The notes under the pieces: model-generated | Told to the model about the DNA's origin: nothing | Seen by the model: only the letters and a program-made list of their open reading frames with translations | Database searches by the model: none | Program-made: the position numbers and the translations under genes | Shown: positions 37,100 through 50,854 of the stretch, one piece after another | Layout: every line of letters starts with the position of its first letter | Numbering within the stretch: the stretch's first letter is position 1 | Assembly: GCF_030684315.1 (NCBI RefSeq) | Contig: NC_081361.1 | Span: forward strand, 14,807,861-14,871,860 | Direction of reading: 5' to 3' | DNA length: 64,000 nucleotides | Origin: Stegostoma tigrinum | Taxonomy: Eukaryota

Positions 37100-37620
37100 A
37101 TCATAGAGATGTCCAGCACAACAACAGACCCTTTGGTTCATCCATCCTGACCAGATATCCTAAATTAATCTAGTCCCGTTTGCCAGCATTTGGTCCAAGT
37201 CCTTCTAAACCTGTCCTATTCATGTACCCTTCCAAATGCTTTTTAAATGCTGTAATTGTACAAGCCTCCACCACTTCTGCTGGCAGCTCATTCCATGCAC
37301 ACATCACTCTCTGCATGAAAAAGTTGGCCCTTAGGTTCTTTCTGTATTTTTCCTGTCTCACCTTGAACCTATGATCTCCAGTTTTGGGCTCGCCTGCTTT
37401 GGGAAAAAGGCATTGGCTATTCATCCTATCCATACCCCCTATGATTTTATAAACTTCTAAGGTCACCCTTCAGTCTCTGATGCTCCAGATCCAGCCTATT
37501 CAACTTCTCCCTATAGCTCAAGCCCTCAACCCTGGCAACATCCTTGTAAATCTTTTCTGAACACTTTCAAGTTTCACAACATCCTTCCTATAGCAGGAAG
37601 ATCAGAATTGAATACAATAT
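37100..37620 (-). mobile_element. CR1 3' fragment
   Basis: EVYKIIGGMDR..FKVRQEKYRKNLRANFFMQRV..WNELP. Confidence 0.85.
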
Positions 37621-38411
37621 TATGAATTTTATCCTATTTTCCACTTTCTGTATGCCTTGATCCCATCAGATGAGTTCTGGGGGATGGTTAAAATTATCAT
37701 AAAATTTCCAATAATTAACAAACGTTACATGGAAACAGGCCCTGTGCTCCTCAACAATGGTAGACTTAACTGAATTTTCTCAGCAAATGAATCAAACTCT
37801 TGCTTGAAATGCATTTTGTCCTCCTTGACCCTGCGTAAGCTATTATAGTGAGTGCTTTTTGCCTTGAGAATAATATTCCATAAGGTCAGTATTGTGAACT
37901 GTACATTTAAAATATCATTCTAAGGACCTTGCTTAAAAGGTGCTTTAATTGCCAGTTATCACAGAGTTGAAAATGATCCTTCCCTCTCTTCTGAAATTCA
38001 ACCACATTGAAAAGGGGTTAATAGTGACAGAGGCTTTGGATGTTTTAGCAATTCCACAATTATCAACACACAATGTAAATACTGCAACTTTCATAGCTGT
38101 AATCTTTAACTTTTTGACAGTTGTTCAAATTAAAAACAACCCATTCGTTACTTGGGAAATATTAAACAATTGCTATAACTGATACTTCTGTGACTGCATC
38201 CTGCTTCTCATATCCTGCCAAAATAAATCACTTTCAGGTGTACGTCTCAAAATCCTGCATTCCTGCACTTTCCTAAGGCATTACAAATTTCATAGAAAAT
38301 GTATTCCATTTTCTCCAAGTAGCTCTAATTTCTTAATCGAATTAGTAACCACCAGCGTATTTGTGATCAAACCAATTTTTTGTTTTGCATTTCTGGAACG
38401 AGCTTGAGCTT

Positions 38412-39240
38412 CAAAAATAGAAGTTGGTGGAAAAGTGTAGCAGGTCTGGCAGCACTTGTGGAGAGAATCAGAGCTAACATTTCTGGTCAAATAACTTCCT
38501 CAGGAATGATGGGAGCTCGGAAAATGCTGGTTCATATGCAGAAGATAGAGTGGGGGGAGGGGGAAAGGAAGAAACAATAGGTGGGGATAGAGCCCACAGA
38601 GGCAGAAGAACAGTTGGACAGACAAAGGAGTTGGTAACAATCTGACTAAGAGGGTGAAAAGCAATTAGTGGAGACAGTTAGCAGTTAAAAATAGGTTGTG
38701 TGTAAAAGCAGACTATGTGATGAAAGGCTAAGTGTGTGGGGCTTGGAGTAAGGTCATGGGAGAGCGCAAGTCCTAAAGTTATTGAACTTGTGAGGATCTG
38801 GAGGCTGCAGGGTCCCCCAGAGTGAAATGAGGTGCTGTTCTTCCAGCTTGCACTGAGCTTTGCTGGAGCACTGCAGCAAGACTGAGACCATATTGTGAGC
38901 AGCAACTGCAGAAGACTAGATTGTGTAAAGTAACATATTCTTCAGAGATGGGCCCCGACCTAAAACATCAGCTTTCCTGCTCTTCTGGTGCTGCCTGGCC
39001 TGCTGTGTTCCTCCAGCTCCACACTGTGTCATCTCAGACTCGAGCATGGGCAGTTTTTACTATCTCTAAATTGTGTGAAGTGCTGCGTCACCTGGAAGGT
39101 GTGTTTGGTTCCTTGGGTACTGAGGAGGGAGGAAATAAACAGACAGATGTTACACTTGCGTTGTGTCTCTGGTTTCTCTCCCCAAATGCTGCCAGCCCTT
39201 GGCTGAGTTTTTCCCAGTAATTTCTATTTTAGTTTCAGCT
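38412..39240. mobile_element. Penelope-like fold-back element with nested short element (~38940-39065)
   Basis: Similar to 2045-2560 (ggtggggatagagccc..gaagaacagttggacagac; gtgctgttcttccagcttgcactgag), with the inverted end at ~39170-39240. Confidence 0.7.
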
Positions 39241-40372
39241 TTATTGTTATCTTTTTCCATTGAACTACAGATTTTCTGGAATAACATACATTGGCAGCAG
39301 TCTTGAATTTTCTTGGAACAGTTCATTACACCTCCCGCAACATCTATTTTCTTAAATATGCAGTGATGGTACAGTGATGTTAACTGATGACAGAATCGTA
39401 CAGGATAGCACAGGCTACAGTCAATGCAACATGTTTGAAGCTCAATGCCAGGAATGCTCAGAATAATGTTAATTGGTTCCAAAATTGCTATTGATTCAAT
39501 GCATTTAAAACATTTTCTCAAAAATCTCTTTTTTTCTCTTTGTTATGTACACTGATGTTGTTAAAAAGACCCAGCACAAAGAGAATAGAATCCTGCAGAC
39601 TGTAAACTTTACTTTGCAAAAAACAAAGCAGGGTTTCAACATTTGTGAAAAAGCAAACTCAGTTCAAATGTACTGAGAATTATAATAACACTTCTTGATA
39701 ATTATTAATGTGGCTCCCCAGAAAGACACCTACATTTAACAAATAAGTTATTTACACCTTTATGTAGGTGCGTGCCTATATGAGACACGGTTCATTGGGT
39801 TGAATTGTATGGTTATGTTTTTCATAACAATGCTTTTTCTTCTCTTTAATGGATTGACTGTTAAATATTAATGCAGGAAAAGGCTGCTGGAAGTAAATAT
39901 GAAAAAGGTGAATGCAATACACTTTGTACTTGAGTAGCTATTAATATAGATAAAGGACAAAGTTAAAAACAATCACACAAACACACAGGAATTATGATGG
40001 TCCAGAAGGAGGCCATTTGACCGATCATGTCTGTACTGACTCATTGGATAAGCATTGTCACAGTGCAATTCTCCTACTACTCCTGTCTTTTTCCATCACA
40101 GATTGTTCTGTCATTGTTAAGGATGTAGAAATTCCTGGAGCCTCCTCCTCATGTTAGCTGTCTAATTGACCGAATATAACATGACTGAAGATCTTTGAAT
40201 GATCCCTTGGTTGTGGAACACACTTAGCGCTATCTTCCTGTGCTGTTGCTCACTAGATAAAATCCCATTTTTAGGTATTGAGTACTGCTCCTCCTATGCT
40301 ATTCTACCCTGTTGGGTGAACTAGGGACAGCTGCTTGAATTAATAGGCATGATGGAGGGTAAGCCAAGATGC

Positions 40373-40476
40373 AACACTGTGGATCTTCAACAACAGAATT
40401 TATATTTCACTACTGTCTGTAAACATATACAGACAGTAGTGAAATATAAATTCTATTGTTGAAGATCCACAGTGTT
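40373..40476. repeat. Near-perfect inverted repeat (49-bp arms, 6-nt loop)
   Basis: 40373-40421 is the reverse complement of 40428-40476 with one mismatch; loop aacata. Confidence 0.97.
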
Positions 40477-41154
40477 CCATTTTGACTCCTAGATGTTTAA
40501 TTTGTCTTAATGCTCTTCAATGTGAAGGCAAACTTATCTCCATGAAGACAGTGTGATGGTCACTTTTATCGATACTTTATTATGGAGGTGTCTGATATTC
40601 TCAGAATAAGTATGGGCATTAATAATCAAATATTCTATTGAACAATGTAAGGTTGATTTTCAATTTGCCATCTGGCTATGTAACTGGTGATGCAGATTAG
40701 GTGCCTGTTCCAGAACCTTCTGTTGAGATTTCCACTGAAAATATTGCCTAGCAGGAACATCCATCCTCTTAATGAGTATAAAGGAGACATTCAGAGATAG
40801 AATCTTCACTAACAAAGACATTAACGATAATAGCTCAGTCTAATTAAATTCTCTTATTCGAAATACATAAACTGTAGCCTCAGAACATTGATACTAATAC
40901 AGTGTGACACAGTGCAGGAACAGGCCCTTTGAACCACCAAGTCTGTTTCGTTTCCCAGTCCCAATTTAGACCTGCTGCTTTGTTCAATTTCTATATTTAT
41001 GCTATTCACTTCAAACAATGTAGATTAATTTTGACACAAAATAACAGAATTCAAACTTTATTACAGCAATAATTGGAACAACTTCCAAAGAAGATAAAAA
41101 CGTAGATCTACAATCAGTTCATCAATCTTTTATAGTACACTATGAATAAGAAAT

Positions 41155-42080
41155 TTCATTTGTTTGTTCACGGGTTTTGGTATTGCTGGCTAAGCCAGCA
41201 TTTACTGCCTGACCAAAAACTGCCTTTAAGAAGGTGAATCGGAGCTAAACCAATCTGAATTATGATTATGGACGTGGGATAAGTACACTCCCAGTGTTGT
41301 TAATGAAGTGAGTTTCAGGGTTTTGACCAGCGACAGCGAACAAATGTGTGAAAAGGAGGTTAACTGCAGGGCATGCATGTTGTTGAGGGAAGCATGGTGA
41401 GTTGCTACAGTGCATCTTGTGAATAGTACACACTGTTCAGCAGTGTTGGAAACGGTCAATGTTGATGTCGTGGATAGGGTGTCAATCTTTTATTCTAAGC
41501 GGCGTCAAGCTTGAAGAATTTTGTGGCAGCTACACTCATCCAGGCAAGTGGAGAGTATTCCATTAGGCTCCTGACTTGTGAGCTGTAGATGGATGGCACA
41601 TTTGAGGAATGAGGTGGTGAATTACTCAGCATGGAATTCCTTGTCTTTGATTCAGTCTAGTAGCCAAAGCAGCTATGTAGCTATTCCAGTGGCTGCTTGA
41701 TTACTCTGAGACAGCTCTCCCAATTTTGACATTAGCCACCAAATGTTAGTAAGGAGGATACTGTATGATTGTTGTTTGTCCTGATGCCAATGTTGATTCC
41801 CTTCTTTAAACTTTGTAATGGGTGACTTGTTAGGCCATTTTAGAGACTAAAGAGTGAACCACATTGCTGAGAGTCTGGAGTTACATGTAGGCCAGACCAA
41901 TCAAGAACAGTAGATTTTCTTCCCTAAAGAGCAGTCATGAACAAGCTGGGATTTTGAAGTCAATTGTCTAATGGTCACCACTTGACTAATTACAATTCCA
42001 GATTCATTAGTTGAATTTAAAATTCCACCGGCTGCTGTGGTATTCCCTGTACAGTAGCGGTAATGTCCAGGGGCATTAGT
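41155..42080 (-). mobile_element. Degenerate LINE fragment plus associated SINE
   Basis: Tail ctggctaagccagcatttactgcc, body actcatccaggcaagtggagagtattcc, and SINE-like segment ~41820-42080. Confidence 0.6.
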
Positions 42081-42139
42081 ACTGCACTTTCTTGTGCATT
42101 AATAAGTTAATAAACACGGGTTGTGAGACATATACCAAT

Positions 42140-42845
42140 TCTATCCATCGTCAGTCTTCCCAATGTACTCGCAGTCATTAACACCATTAACCTTCCCTTT
42201 TTCCTCCAGCACCTCTCCATTGACATCCAGCTGGATAGAGCTGCTTTGTCCAGATTCAATTATCATAGCCAAGGTCATTCCCACTTGCAGTGGCTTCTCT
42301 TCTGGCTTCTGCATCACTGCCTCTGGTGTTCACCAAGGGTCTATCCCTGCCCAATCCATTTTGTTATCTCCATTCTGCTCTCAGTGATACAATTCAAAGC
42401 CACAGCTTTAGTCTTCATGCATACATTGATGGCACACAACTCTACCTCACAACCCCGATTACCCCCTCTGGCCTCTTTGGTTGTAGTGAATTATCAGATT
42501 GCCTGACTGATATGTCCTGCAGGTAATTATCCAGAGAGACTGAGGCCACTGTTTGTGGTCCTTGCTTCAAACTCTGTTCCTTGGCTGTATCTCCCTGGCA
42601 ACTCGTCTGGGTCTAACCAGACCTTTTTAGAACCTTGGTGCCATTTTTGTCTCCTAGATGAATTTCTGACCACATATTAGCACCATCAGTAAGGTGGCTT
42701 GTTTCCAATTCTGTTACGTTACTTGACTTCACACCTATCTCAGCCAACCTGAATACTATTCCTACACCTCTCCTTCTCTCTGTCACTTTCTGGCTTTAAG
42801 ACAATGTTTTAAACCTAGCTCTTTGCCCAAGCTATTGGCCATTTT
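42140..42845 (+). mobile_element. L2 LINE RT remnant
   Basis: SGVHQGSI...SDTIQSHSFSLHAYIDGTQLYL (degenerate GVPQGS / YADDTQLY); RNLGAIF-like segment. Confidence 0.75.
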
Positions 42846-45414
42846 GCATGGCCCGAGGCCTGATGCACTCTGTGCGTAATAGTAACTTTGCTATTACCTC
42901 CCTCACTACCTCGTTCCAATGCAAAGTTTCATTATACCTCTGACATTGTGACATGTATGGCCTTTAGCACCTCTCTGGACTTCAACTGAGATGCTGCTCT
43001 GCAATATGAGAGAGTAGTCAAGGCCAGGAAAAGTGAAATGGTTCATTCACACCTAACACACAACAGACATAACAAGCAAAGAACACAAATGGAACATGGC
43101 AATTAGTGAGACTGGGGGATATAATGACTTGGGGTCTTTGACCATCTGACTCCTTCTCGTTTTCCAGTGAAATTAAATTCTCACGTGCTTTTTTATGGTA
43201 AACTGTTTGTGCTTTAAGCAGACTCTCAGCTTTACATGCTTGTCTTTACCTCTAGTACGAGATGTTGTCCCAATTTTCTATTTCCTATCCTGAAGGACCC
43301 CGAAGAAACATGGGCCAAGAGGTCAGCAACAACTATTATCCATTGAAGCACCCTCTCAGAGACCAGCACCAGTTATCGTTCCGAGTCACAGAAAGGAAAC
43401 TGAACTGGGATATGTACCAGCACTCAAGCACAAAGAAATGGGACAAATACACAGGATAGTCCAATAAATTAAGATGAGATCACATGCTATGAGGAGGCAT
43501 AAGTGAAGAATTTGTGGACAGAGCTTACAGAAGGTTATTGATTTCAATAAAGAATCTTCTAGGAATGTTGTCATTCCTCACAATGAGCTGATTAACAATG
43601 TTGGGGGAAATGGAGGAGTCCAGCTTGAAATTGAATGGAGTTAACCATGGTTTCAATTTTTTCAACAACTGCAAGATGTCCAACAGCGATGGAGCCTCTG
43701 AAGAGAGTCCTTGGTGATTCAAATATAGCACAGACTGCTACCATCTTGGTCTTGGCATCCAACAGCTCCTCAAGTTTAAACAAAAACTTGTAGAATGGTG
43801 AGAATACGGGCATTTCATCACCTCACTGTGTCATAGAAAAGGAAATAAAATGTGCATATCTTTTAGGAAATGATTGCAAAGCTCAAAATTTAAGACCACT
43901 GCTTCCTTAATATGTCCCGACTATCACTTGCATATAATGGCTGCTCCACACAATACTTCCTTTCATAGGCACACTCTGACCTGTTACGATACGTCCCACA
44001 GTCTACAAAGTGAATATCAACTATGACACTTATTTCCTTAGCACCAACAAAGACTGTCATTAATGCAATCCTTTTCTTCTTGCAGAAGATTTGGCATTGA
44101 ACCTTTGCCAGGAGATTACCATCAGATGAGGCAGAATCTGTCTCACTTACCCCTCCAAGATATAAAACGTACTCAACACCCACAACCCAAGCTACAAATC
44201 TATTCCAAAACCTTTGTACTTGGTCTCACAAACAGGCCGAGTGTTAGAGCACAACGAACAGGAGTAGAAAGTGTTGTAAGGGTATGTTCAGAATCTAGCC
44301 TCTTCTCTACCACGTCTTACTTTAATTTCACCCGAGACAAGACAGTGTTGCTGTCTGACCTGCTGTGCTTTTGCAGCTTCTCATCTATTGACACTGATAC
44401 CTGCTACACACATCTAAATGATACCTTTATTAAATGTTACAGACTCTTAAAATAACCCATCTGTGGTTTGGTGTATCAGTAAGCCAGTATGGTTTTATTT
44501 TATTTCACATTTATTGTGACAGTGCTGTCTAACATTATTTATGTAAACATCTGTCATGCTGATATGTATCGTGATGTACACCATTTCTCAAGAGAGGCAC
44601 TTCCATTTGAAGTGCACTTCAATGAAGTTTCAAGAAATATCTCCTGTAAACAGCAGTGCATTATTTCCTGATGCAAACCATTGACATCCTTTCTCAACCA
44701 AAGCCAGATCAGTTCTTTAATACTGTGCATTCCTCCTACCAATGTGGGAGTCTAATCACAATGCTTCACTAATAACAAACGTATACTGTACTCTGTGTAC
44801 GTGTAAATATTTTTGGTTTCTGGTATCGTCACTGATATACTTTATACGTATTTCATTTCGGAATAGAAAAGAACTGTCAAATTTCTTGAATAAATAAAAC
44901 TTTTGATTTACTGCAACTTATTGAGCAAAGATACAAAGCTGACAGACAGCTTGAAATCTAAAACTTTTGCCTTCTTAATGATGATTGGTTTAATATAATG
45001 AAGGAAATTTGTGCAAAGATCAACTTTCAAAAAAGGGGGAACAAAGAATCTTTGGCTAAATAATTGTTAATTCTTGTATAATAAAGATGAAAAACATTCC
45101 GGGTGCCACAAGCCACATGCAGTTGTCAAAGGAATCTATTCAAAAGGAGTTCAGACAGGAGCGGTCACAAGGAAGTCTTTCAGAAGTTTTTCAGCAGAAT
45201 GCATGCATCCATTCTTCCAGTACTTACACTGGACTATGAGAAAGGGTTTTCTCAAAAAAGATGAGAAAGGATGAGTTGGATGAATTCTTTTCTGAGCAAT
45301 ACCTGCAAACCCAAAAGTTCTAACAGCCATAAACCCAGGCAAGTGATTCCTCTATACACAAATCCGAGCAGTTTGAGAGTCTCTAAGCTGTAGCTGTTTA
45401 ACTAGCTTCATTGT

Positions 45415-46125
45415 CTCATCCAATAATGAAGGAGTTGGTCATGGACTCCAGGAAGCGGAGTGAAGGGCACACCTCTGTCTGCATCGGTGATGCTGAGGTG
45501 GAGATGGTCGACAGCGTCAAGTTCCTGGGAGCGATGACCACCAACAATCTGTCCGGGTCCACCCATGTCGATGTGGTGGTCAAGAAAGCACTACAACGTC
45601 TCCTCAGGTGTCTAAGGGAATTCAGCATGTCCACAAGGACTCTAACCAATTTTTTTTCATAGATGCACTGTAGAAAGTATCCTATCCGGATCCACCACAG
45701 CTTGGGTATGGTAACTGCTCTGCCTAAGACAGCAAGAAATTACAGGGAGTCATGAACGCAGCAGTCTTCTAGCCATGGACTCCATCTATCCTCCTCACTG
45801 CCTTGGGAAAGCAACCACGTAATCAAAGACCCCTCACGTCCCCATTATAACTTCTGCCCGAAGCAATGGTGTTTAAAAGTTTGAATGCATGTGCGACTGG
45901 ATTCAAGAACAGCTCTTCCCCATTGTTATTAGACTTTCGAACGGACCTCTCAAAATGTTAATACTGATTTCTCTTGCTCTCTCTGCATTTTCTTTGCGGC
46001 TGCAACACTGTATTCTGTACTAGGTTCTCCTACCCTGACAGACTTTGTGTGGTATGAACTGCCTATATGGCACACAAAACAACACTTTTCACAGCATATC
46101 GGTACATGTGACAACAATAAATCAT
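45415..46125 (+). mobile_element. Rex1/Babar-type LINE 3' fragment
   Basis: KELVMDSRK..EVEMVDSVKFLG..NNLSGSTHVDVVVKKALQRL..LREFSMSTRTLTNF; tail tacatgtgacaacaataaatca. Confidence 0.8.
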
Positions 46126-46139
46126 CTCAAACTCAGAGT

Positions 46140-46405
46140 AATCAGTCATAGAGTCATACACCATGGAAACAGCCCCATCAATCCAACCAATCCCATCTGC
46201 CTGCGTTTGGCCCATATCCTTCCAAACATTTCTTAAGTGTGTACTTATCCAAATGTCTTTTAAACGTTGTAACTGCACTCACACTCTCCACTTCCTCGCT
46301 TCACACAAACCGTTCTGCGTAAAATAGTTGTCCCTCACGTCCTTCTTAAATCTTTCTCTTCTCACCTTAAAAATACACCCCCTAGCTTTGAACACTCCCA
46401 CCCTA
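46140..46405 (-). mobile_element. CR1 3' fragment
   Basis: gtcatagagtcataca tail; FKVRRERFKKDVRDNYFTQ on minus. Confidence 0.7.
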
Positions 46406-47679
46406 GCAGTGAAGCTTTTTGAAACAGAAGCCCAAAGTAACTATTTCTAAAATAATCAGGTCCAGGTATCTACAGAGTCTTTCAAGTTAACCAATTTCCA
46501 CAAATCATTTAAGCATAAATCCTCAGCATTATTGGCAACAGAAGCAGCTTTGTAAGAAACGTCAAAATCAATGCCCAATGAGATAACCGGAATATAGTGG
46601 GCGGCATTTGCATACTTTGAAGGTTGAAACACCAAGGGGTACTACGGCCACGATATCATTGACTGGGAGAGCAGACTCAAGGGACAAAATGTCTAGTTCC
46701 TGGTTTTACATTCCTATTGAGGGATATGGTTTTCTCTTTTCTTGATGGCTGTTTAACACTAACCGTACCCCTAACCCAACCTGGCACACATCATGCCACT
46801 TGTCAGACCCAACACACTCCAGGCCCATCCCGAGTCTGCAACCCCACCCCTGTCTAGACGCTGACTGACATATCCCCTTATCAATGTATCACACGACCCA
46901 ACCAAACCACCTGGTACCTGAAACCGCACTTGTCCACTGTCCCATGCACAGAATTTAAACATGGCTGTCAGACTGCTGAGCAAGGCCATGGTTTCTCCAT
47001 CTATTCTTTCGGTGACTGGATTCCTGCACAGGTCTGTAAAAGGCGACTTATAACTCCTTTAAGGTGGATCTTTTAATTTGATCAGGGTCGGAAGTAGGAC
47101 ATCTCTTTGTTGACGGATCTTGTTTGAAACTGTGAGAAAAAATGTTGAAGTGGAAATTCCTGTCAATTCAATTGATTTTCATTAATTAACGTCTGGTGCT
47201 GCCTCAACAGGGAATTCGCAGGAGAGGCATTAACTAACCAATGGCAACTTCTGGATTCCCATGTTGATTGTCACCTGCATGGGATGAATTTTCAATCGGA
47301 CAGGATTGTGGAGTTGGGGCTGTTTCCGGGTCCTCAGCCCCTGAACTGTTGGGAGTACAAAGACAGGCAGGTGGTTTTGTTAGCTGACCGACCGACGTCA
47401 AATTGGTGCAGACGCAGGACTCCTGTCTAATCAACTGTAGAACTAACCCAGTTTGAGACACGTGAAGGTAAAGTAACTGAGGGCCTCAATACAAAGGTGC
47501 TCCTACCTCAGCAACATCTCGCAAAATTCTAATAAAATTCCGAAAAGAATGTGGGAGCAGGTTTCTGGGAATTGGGAGTGGCGAAAGCTAACTACAAAGC
47601 AGTGTTCAGCAGCATCCACATCCAGGCAAGCTACCCTTGCAAATTGCACCAGGCTTACTGCTCCCATCAGTAATTAATC

Positions 47680-47930
47680 AAAAAGGGTTGAGTTCCCAAT
47701 ACTGACCTCTGGGGAACGCCATCACATATCATCTTAAAAGTAACTATGCACTTATTATTTCCTGCTTTCTGTCCCTTAATGAATTTAATATTCATTCTGT
47801 TGTCTCTTTCATCCCATGGGATTCAGTTTTGCAAACAGATCTATTATTTGGTAGTTTAACAAACGTCCTTTGAAAGTCAACAAATATTTCTGCCACCCTA
47901 CATATACCAATCTTTGTAACTTCATCACAG
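47680..47930 (-). mobile_element. Ancient CR1 RT remnant
   Basis: VDFQRTFVKLP..ESHGMK and GVPQRSVLG on minus. Confidence 0.55.
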
Positions 47931-48034
47931 TAAGGGGAAAAAAAAGTCTTGCACTTGCGTAGAACTTTTCCCAACCACTGGATACCTAAACGTGCTTTCA
48001 TAGAAGCACAGTGCTGTTAATGTTTGGAGGTTCT

Positions 48035-48245
48035 GAAATAAAAATAAAAAGTGCTGGAGAAAGTCAACAAGTCTGTTTTGCTCCAAAGGTGTAACCAGAG
48101 TTAAGATTCCGAGTTCACTGTGACTTTTTTTCAGAACTTGTTCTTCATTCAGAAGAAGTCACTTTGGAATCAAAATATTATCTCCGTTTCTCTTCACAGA
48201 TACACCAAACCTACAATGCTTCCCCAGCACTTCCTGTTTTTAATC
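48035..48245. mobile_element. Degenerate PLE-derived fold-back element
   Basis: aagtgctggagaaagtcaacaagtctg ... cttccccagcacttcctgttttt inverted ends. Confidence 0.55.
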
Positions 48246-48254
48246 TTAAAGCAC

Positions 48255-48650
48255 TTTGCAACTACTGAAGTAATGAAGTTCTTAAGTAGTTTTTAATTGT
48301 AATGTTAAAAAAAAGAGAACAGTTAATTTACACTCAACAAACTCCCACAAACAGAAATGTGATATAACGACCAGGTAAAATGTTTGTTTTCGTAACATTG
48401 ATTGAGGGATGAATACTGCACTTGCTTCAAGTAGTAATAACATGGGACCTTTTACACGTGCTTGTGCATGCAGATGAAGACTCGGGTAAATGTCTCAGCC
48501 AAAAGACTGCACCATTGACAATGCAGGGATCCTCTGTACTGGAGTGTTAATCTTGATTTCTGAGTCTAAGCCTTGAAGTGGGTGCTTGAAACCCGTAAGC
48601 TCAAGAATCATGCGCAGCAGTGCCACCAACAGAACCACAGTTGACACACA
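48255..48650 (-). mobile_element. DeuSINE-family SINE (SacSINE1/AmnSINE-like)
   Basis: Deu-domain-like catgggaccttttacac...gactcgggtaaatgtctcagccaaaagactgcacc; tRNA-like head at ~48570-48650. Confidence 0.6.
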
Positions 48651-50854
48651 CAATCAGCAATTAATGAGACCAATCTAACAAGACTAACTGTGAACAAATT
48701 CCCAATTACATAGCTTTTCAAATGATAAATATCTTGACCAAGATTATTTAACAGATTATGGTCTCCATGTTTCTGAATGGCAGCAACACATCCAGTCTTT
48801 TCAGACAGACAGTCAATAATCTGGCTGGCCTACAGTGGCTGAGTTTATCTCACATTTTCTGAACAAGGGTACAACAGCAGCAATCTTGTAGTCCTCGAGC
48901 ATCACCCTCATGTCTAAAGGTGGATTAAAAGATCATGACCAGAACTCTACGGTTTGCACTCATAGGTCTCTTCAAAATTGAAAATATATCCCTTCTAGGC
49001 CAGGTGCTCTTTGACTTTTCAGCACCACAAAACCATTCAATATCACATTTTTATCCGTTTGTATACCATCCAATAAAACGCTGACCTTCATCTGTACCAT
49101 TGTATTTTCTTCCAAAGTCCATTTTTTTTACAGCTTCAAAACGTGAAAGTGATTGCTTATAAAACAGAGAAGCAATCACAACACCAAGTACAGCTCCCAC
49201 AAATGTTGCCCGAGGACCTTTCTCAGCTCCAGAGGCACCAGTTTATCACTGATCTGGTTTCTATACTTTACCTTTCCGAGGGGCTCTAGGGGTTAGTGGT
49301 AATGTCCTTAGCACTGGACCAGCAGCCTTGGATTCAAATCCCACCTGCCCAGGAGATCTGCAATAACACCTGGGAACTGGTTGATTTTAAAAAAGTGTCT
49401 ATTTTATGCGTTTTGATCACCACTGCTTCTGACCCGCTTGTAGGATATGGAGACCCAAGTCCGATAAAGGAAACTATCTGATGGTCTGAAGTCTACACTC
49501 ATGTCTCAATCATGTGCATTTCCCTGCAGGGCCACTGAGCAAACACTTTATGAGGTAAGGCTTGATCTTAAACTAATGAACCGCTTTTCTTCCCTGAAGA
49601 TAAAGTCAGGTTTGGAATCAACTAATTCATTCAGCACTATTTACTATTGTGGAGCAAGACAAAATAAAAAGCTTCCGGCTTAAACAAAACATCTAAAGAT
49701 CTTCTAGTATTTATAACCACTTTCTCTTGGATAAACCCATTGCAATTTCTTATTAAAAAGAAACTTGACTGTCTATCTTTGAGTCATCTTTGAGAAAAAT
49801 ACATCCTATTGCTCACAAGAACTAAAAGCCTTCCAATAGTTAGAACATGTCCACTCTGTCCAATTTGAAAGCACTACTCAAAACAAAAGATTTATGGCAT
49901 TTCGAATAGTGGATTTCACAAGCAGAATTAGAGTCAATTCCAATGCAACTGTTATTCAAATCACCAAAACTGAAGAAGACTTATGTACAACTTAAATACC
50001 AGTCAGTGGTTTTGTGCTATTAATTTTGAAAACAGTTTGAGAGGCAAACATGGGCCATGCATGTTGGCTGTGACTTCATGTTAGTTGGGCATAGATCCAG
50101 ATTAATCGAACGCTTGCTGATAGCATTTTATCAACCCCCAACACCACCCTTACAAATATCTTACTTTTCAACATAAAACCTGTTGGCTGATTTTACACAA
50201 TTTGGATCTGAAAGCTCGTGAATGAAATATGATTAGGCAAAAGTTGGGGAGGGGGGAGGAAGTGTTCTGGACAAAACCACTTTCTTTCTCTCTGGTGATA
50301 GTACTCAAGGTTCCACAAGACTGCCCAGATTTTTGGGGCATTGATCTGATGCCAGAGATCATTAGGATGGCGCGTGGGACCCGATTCTGGGATTCATGCC
50401 TCCAATCCCACAACCAGCAACTGAAGAGTGGGAGGGTGGGTTTACCACCTGCACCTCTATTCCTGCCTCCAGTTGGAACTCATAGATACAGTTACCAGAT
50501 AAAGTAATTCAGGTATCCTGGCTTCTGGAGGACAATTGCATCTTGGAAGGGGCTTCTGAATAACACAGGAGACCCTGCCATCAGTCCCCACTGTGCAGGT
50601 TATCAGGCCAGGTGATCTACAAAGAACTCTATTAGTTAATGCCCAGTAGAGATAGGATGATTCCTTACATGGGCATTAAATGCCAAGCAAGTAGCTCATG
50701 ATGGTCTTCCCTCAGAGGTTTAACATCAAGTGTTACAGGGGTACTGGCCAACTGAAATGTCTTTGTGAGATGAGCAGGGAAGATTGTTGTCAGTTTAGAT
50801 GCAGCACTCTTAATTATTCAATGAAAATGGGTAAGTTAGTTATTTTGATCTCAC

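Noticed and set aside
40373-40476. Known miRNA such as mammalian ASTN1-intronic miR-488
   Set aside because: No match to the mature sequence as I recall it; the stem is too perfect for an old conserved miRNA.
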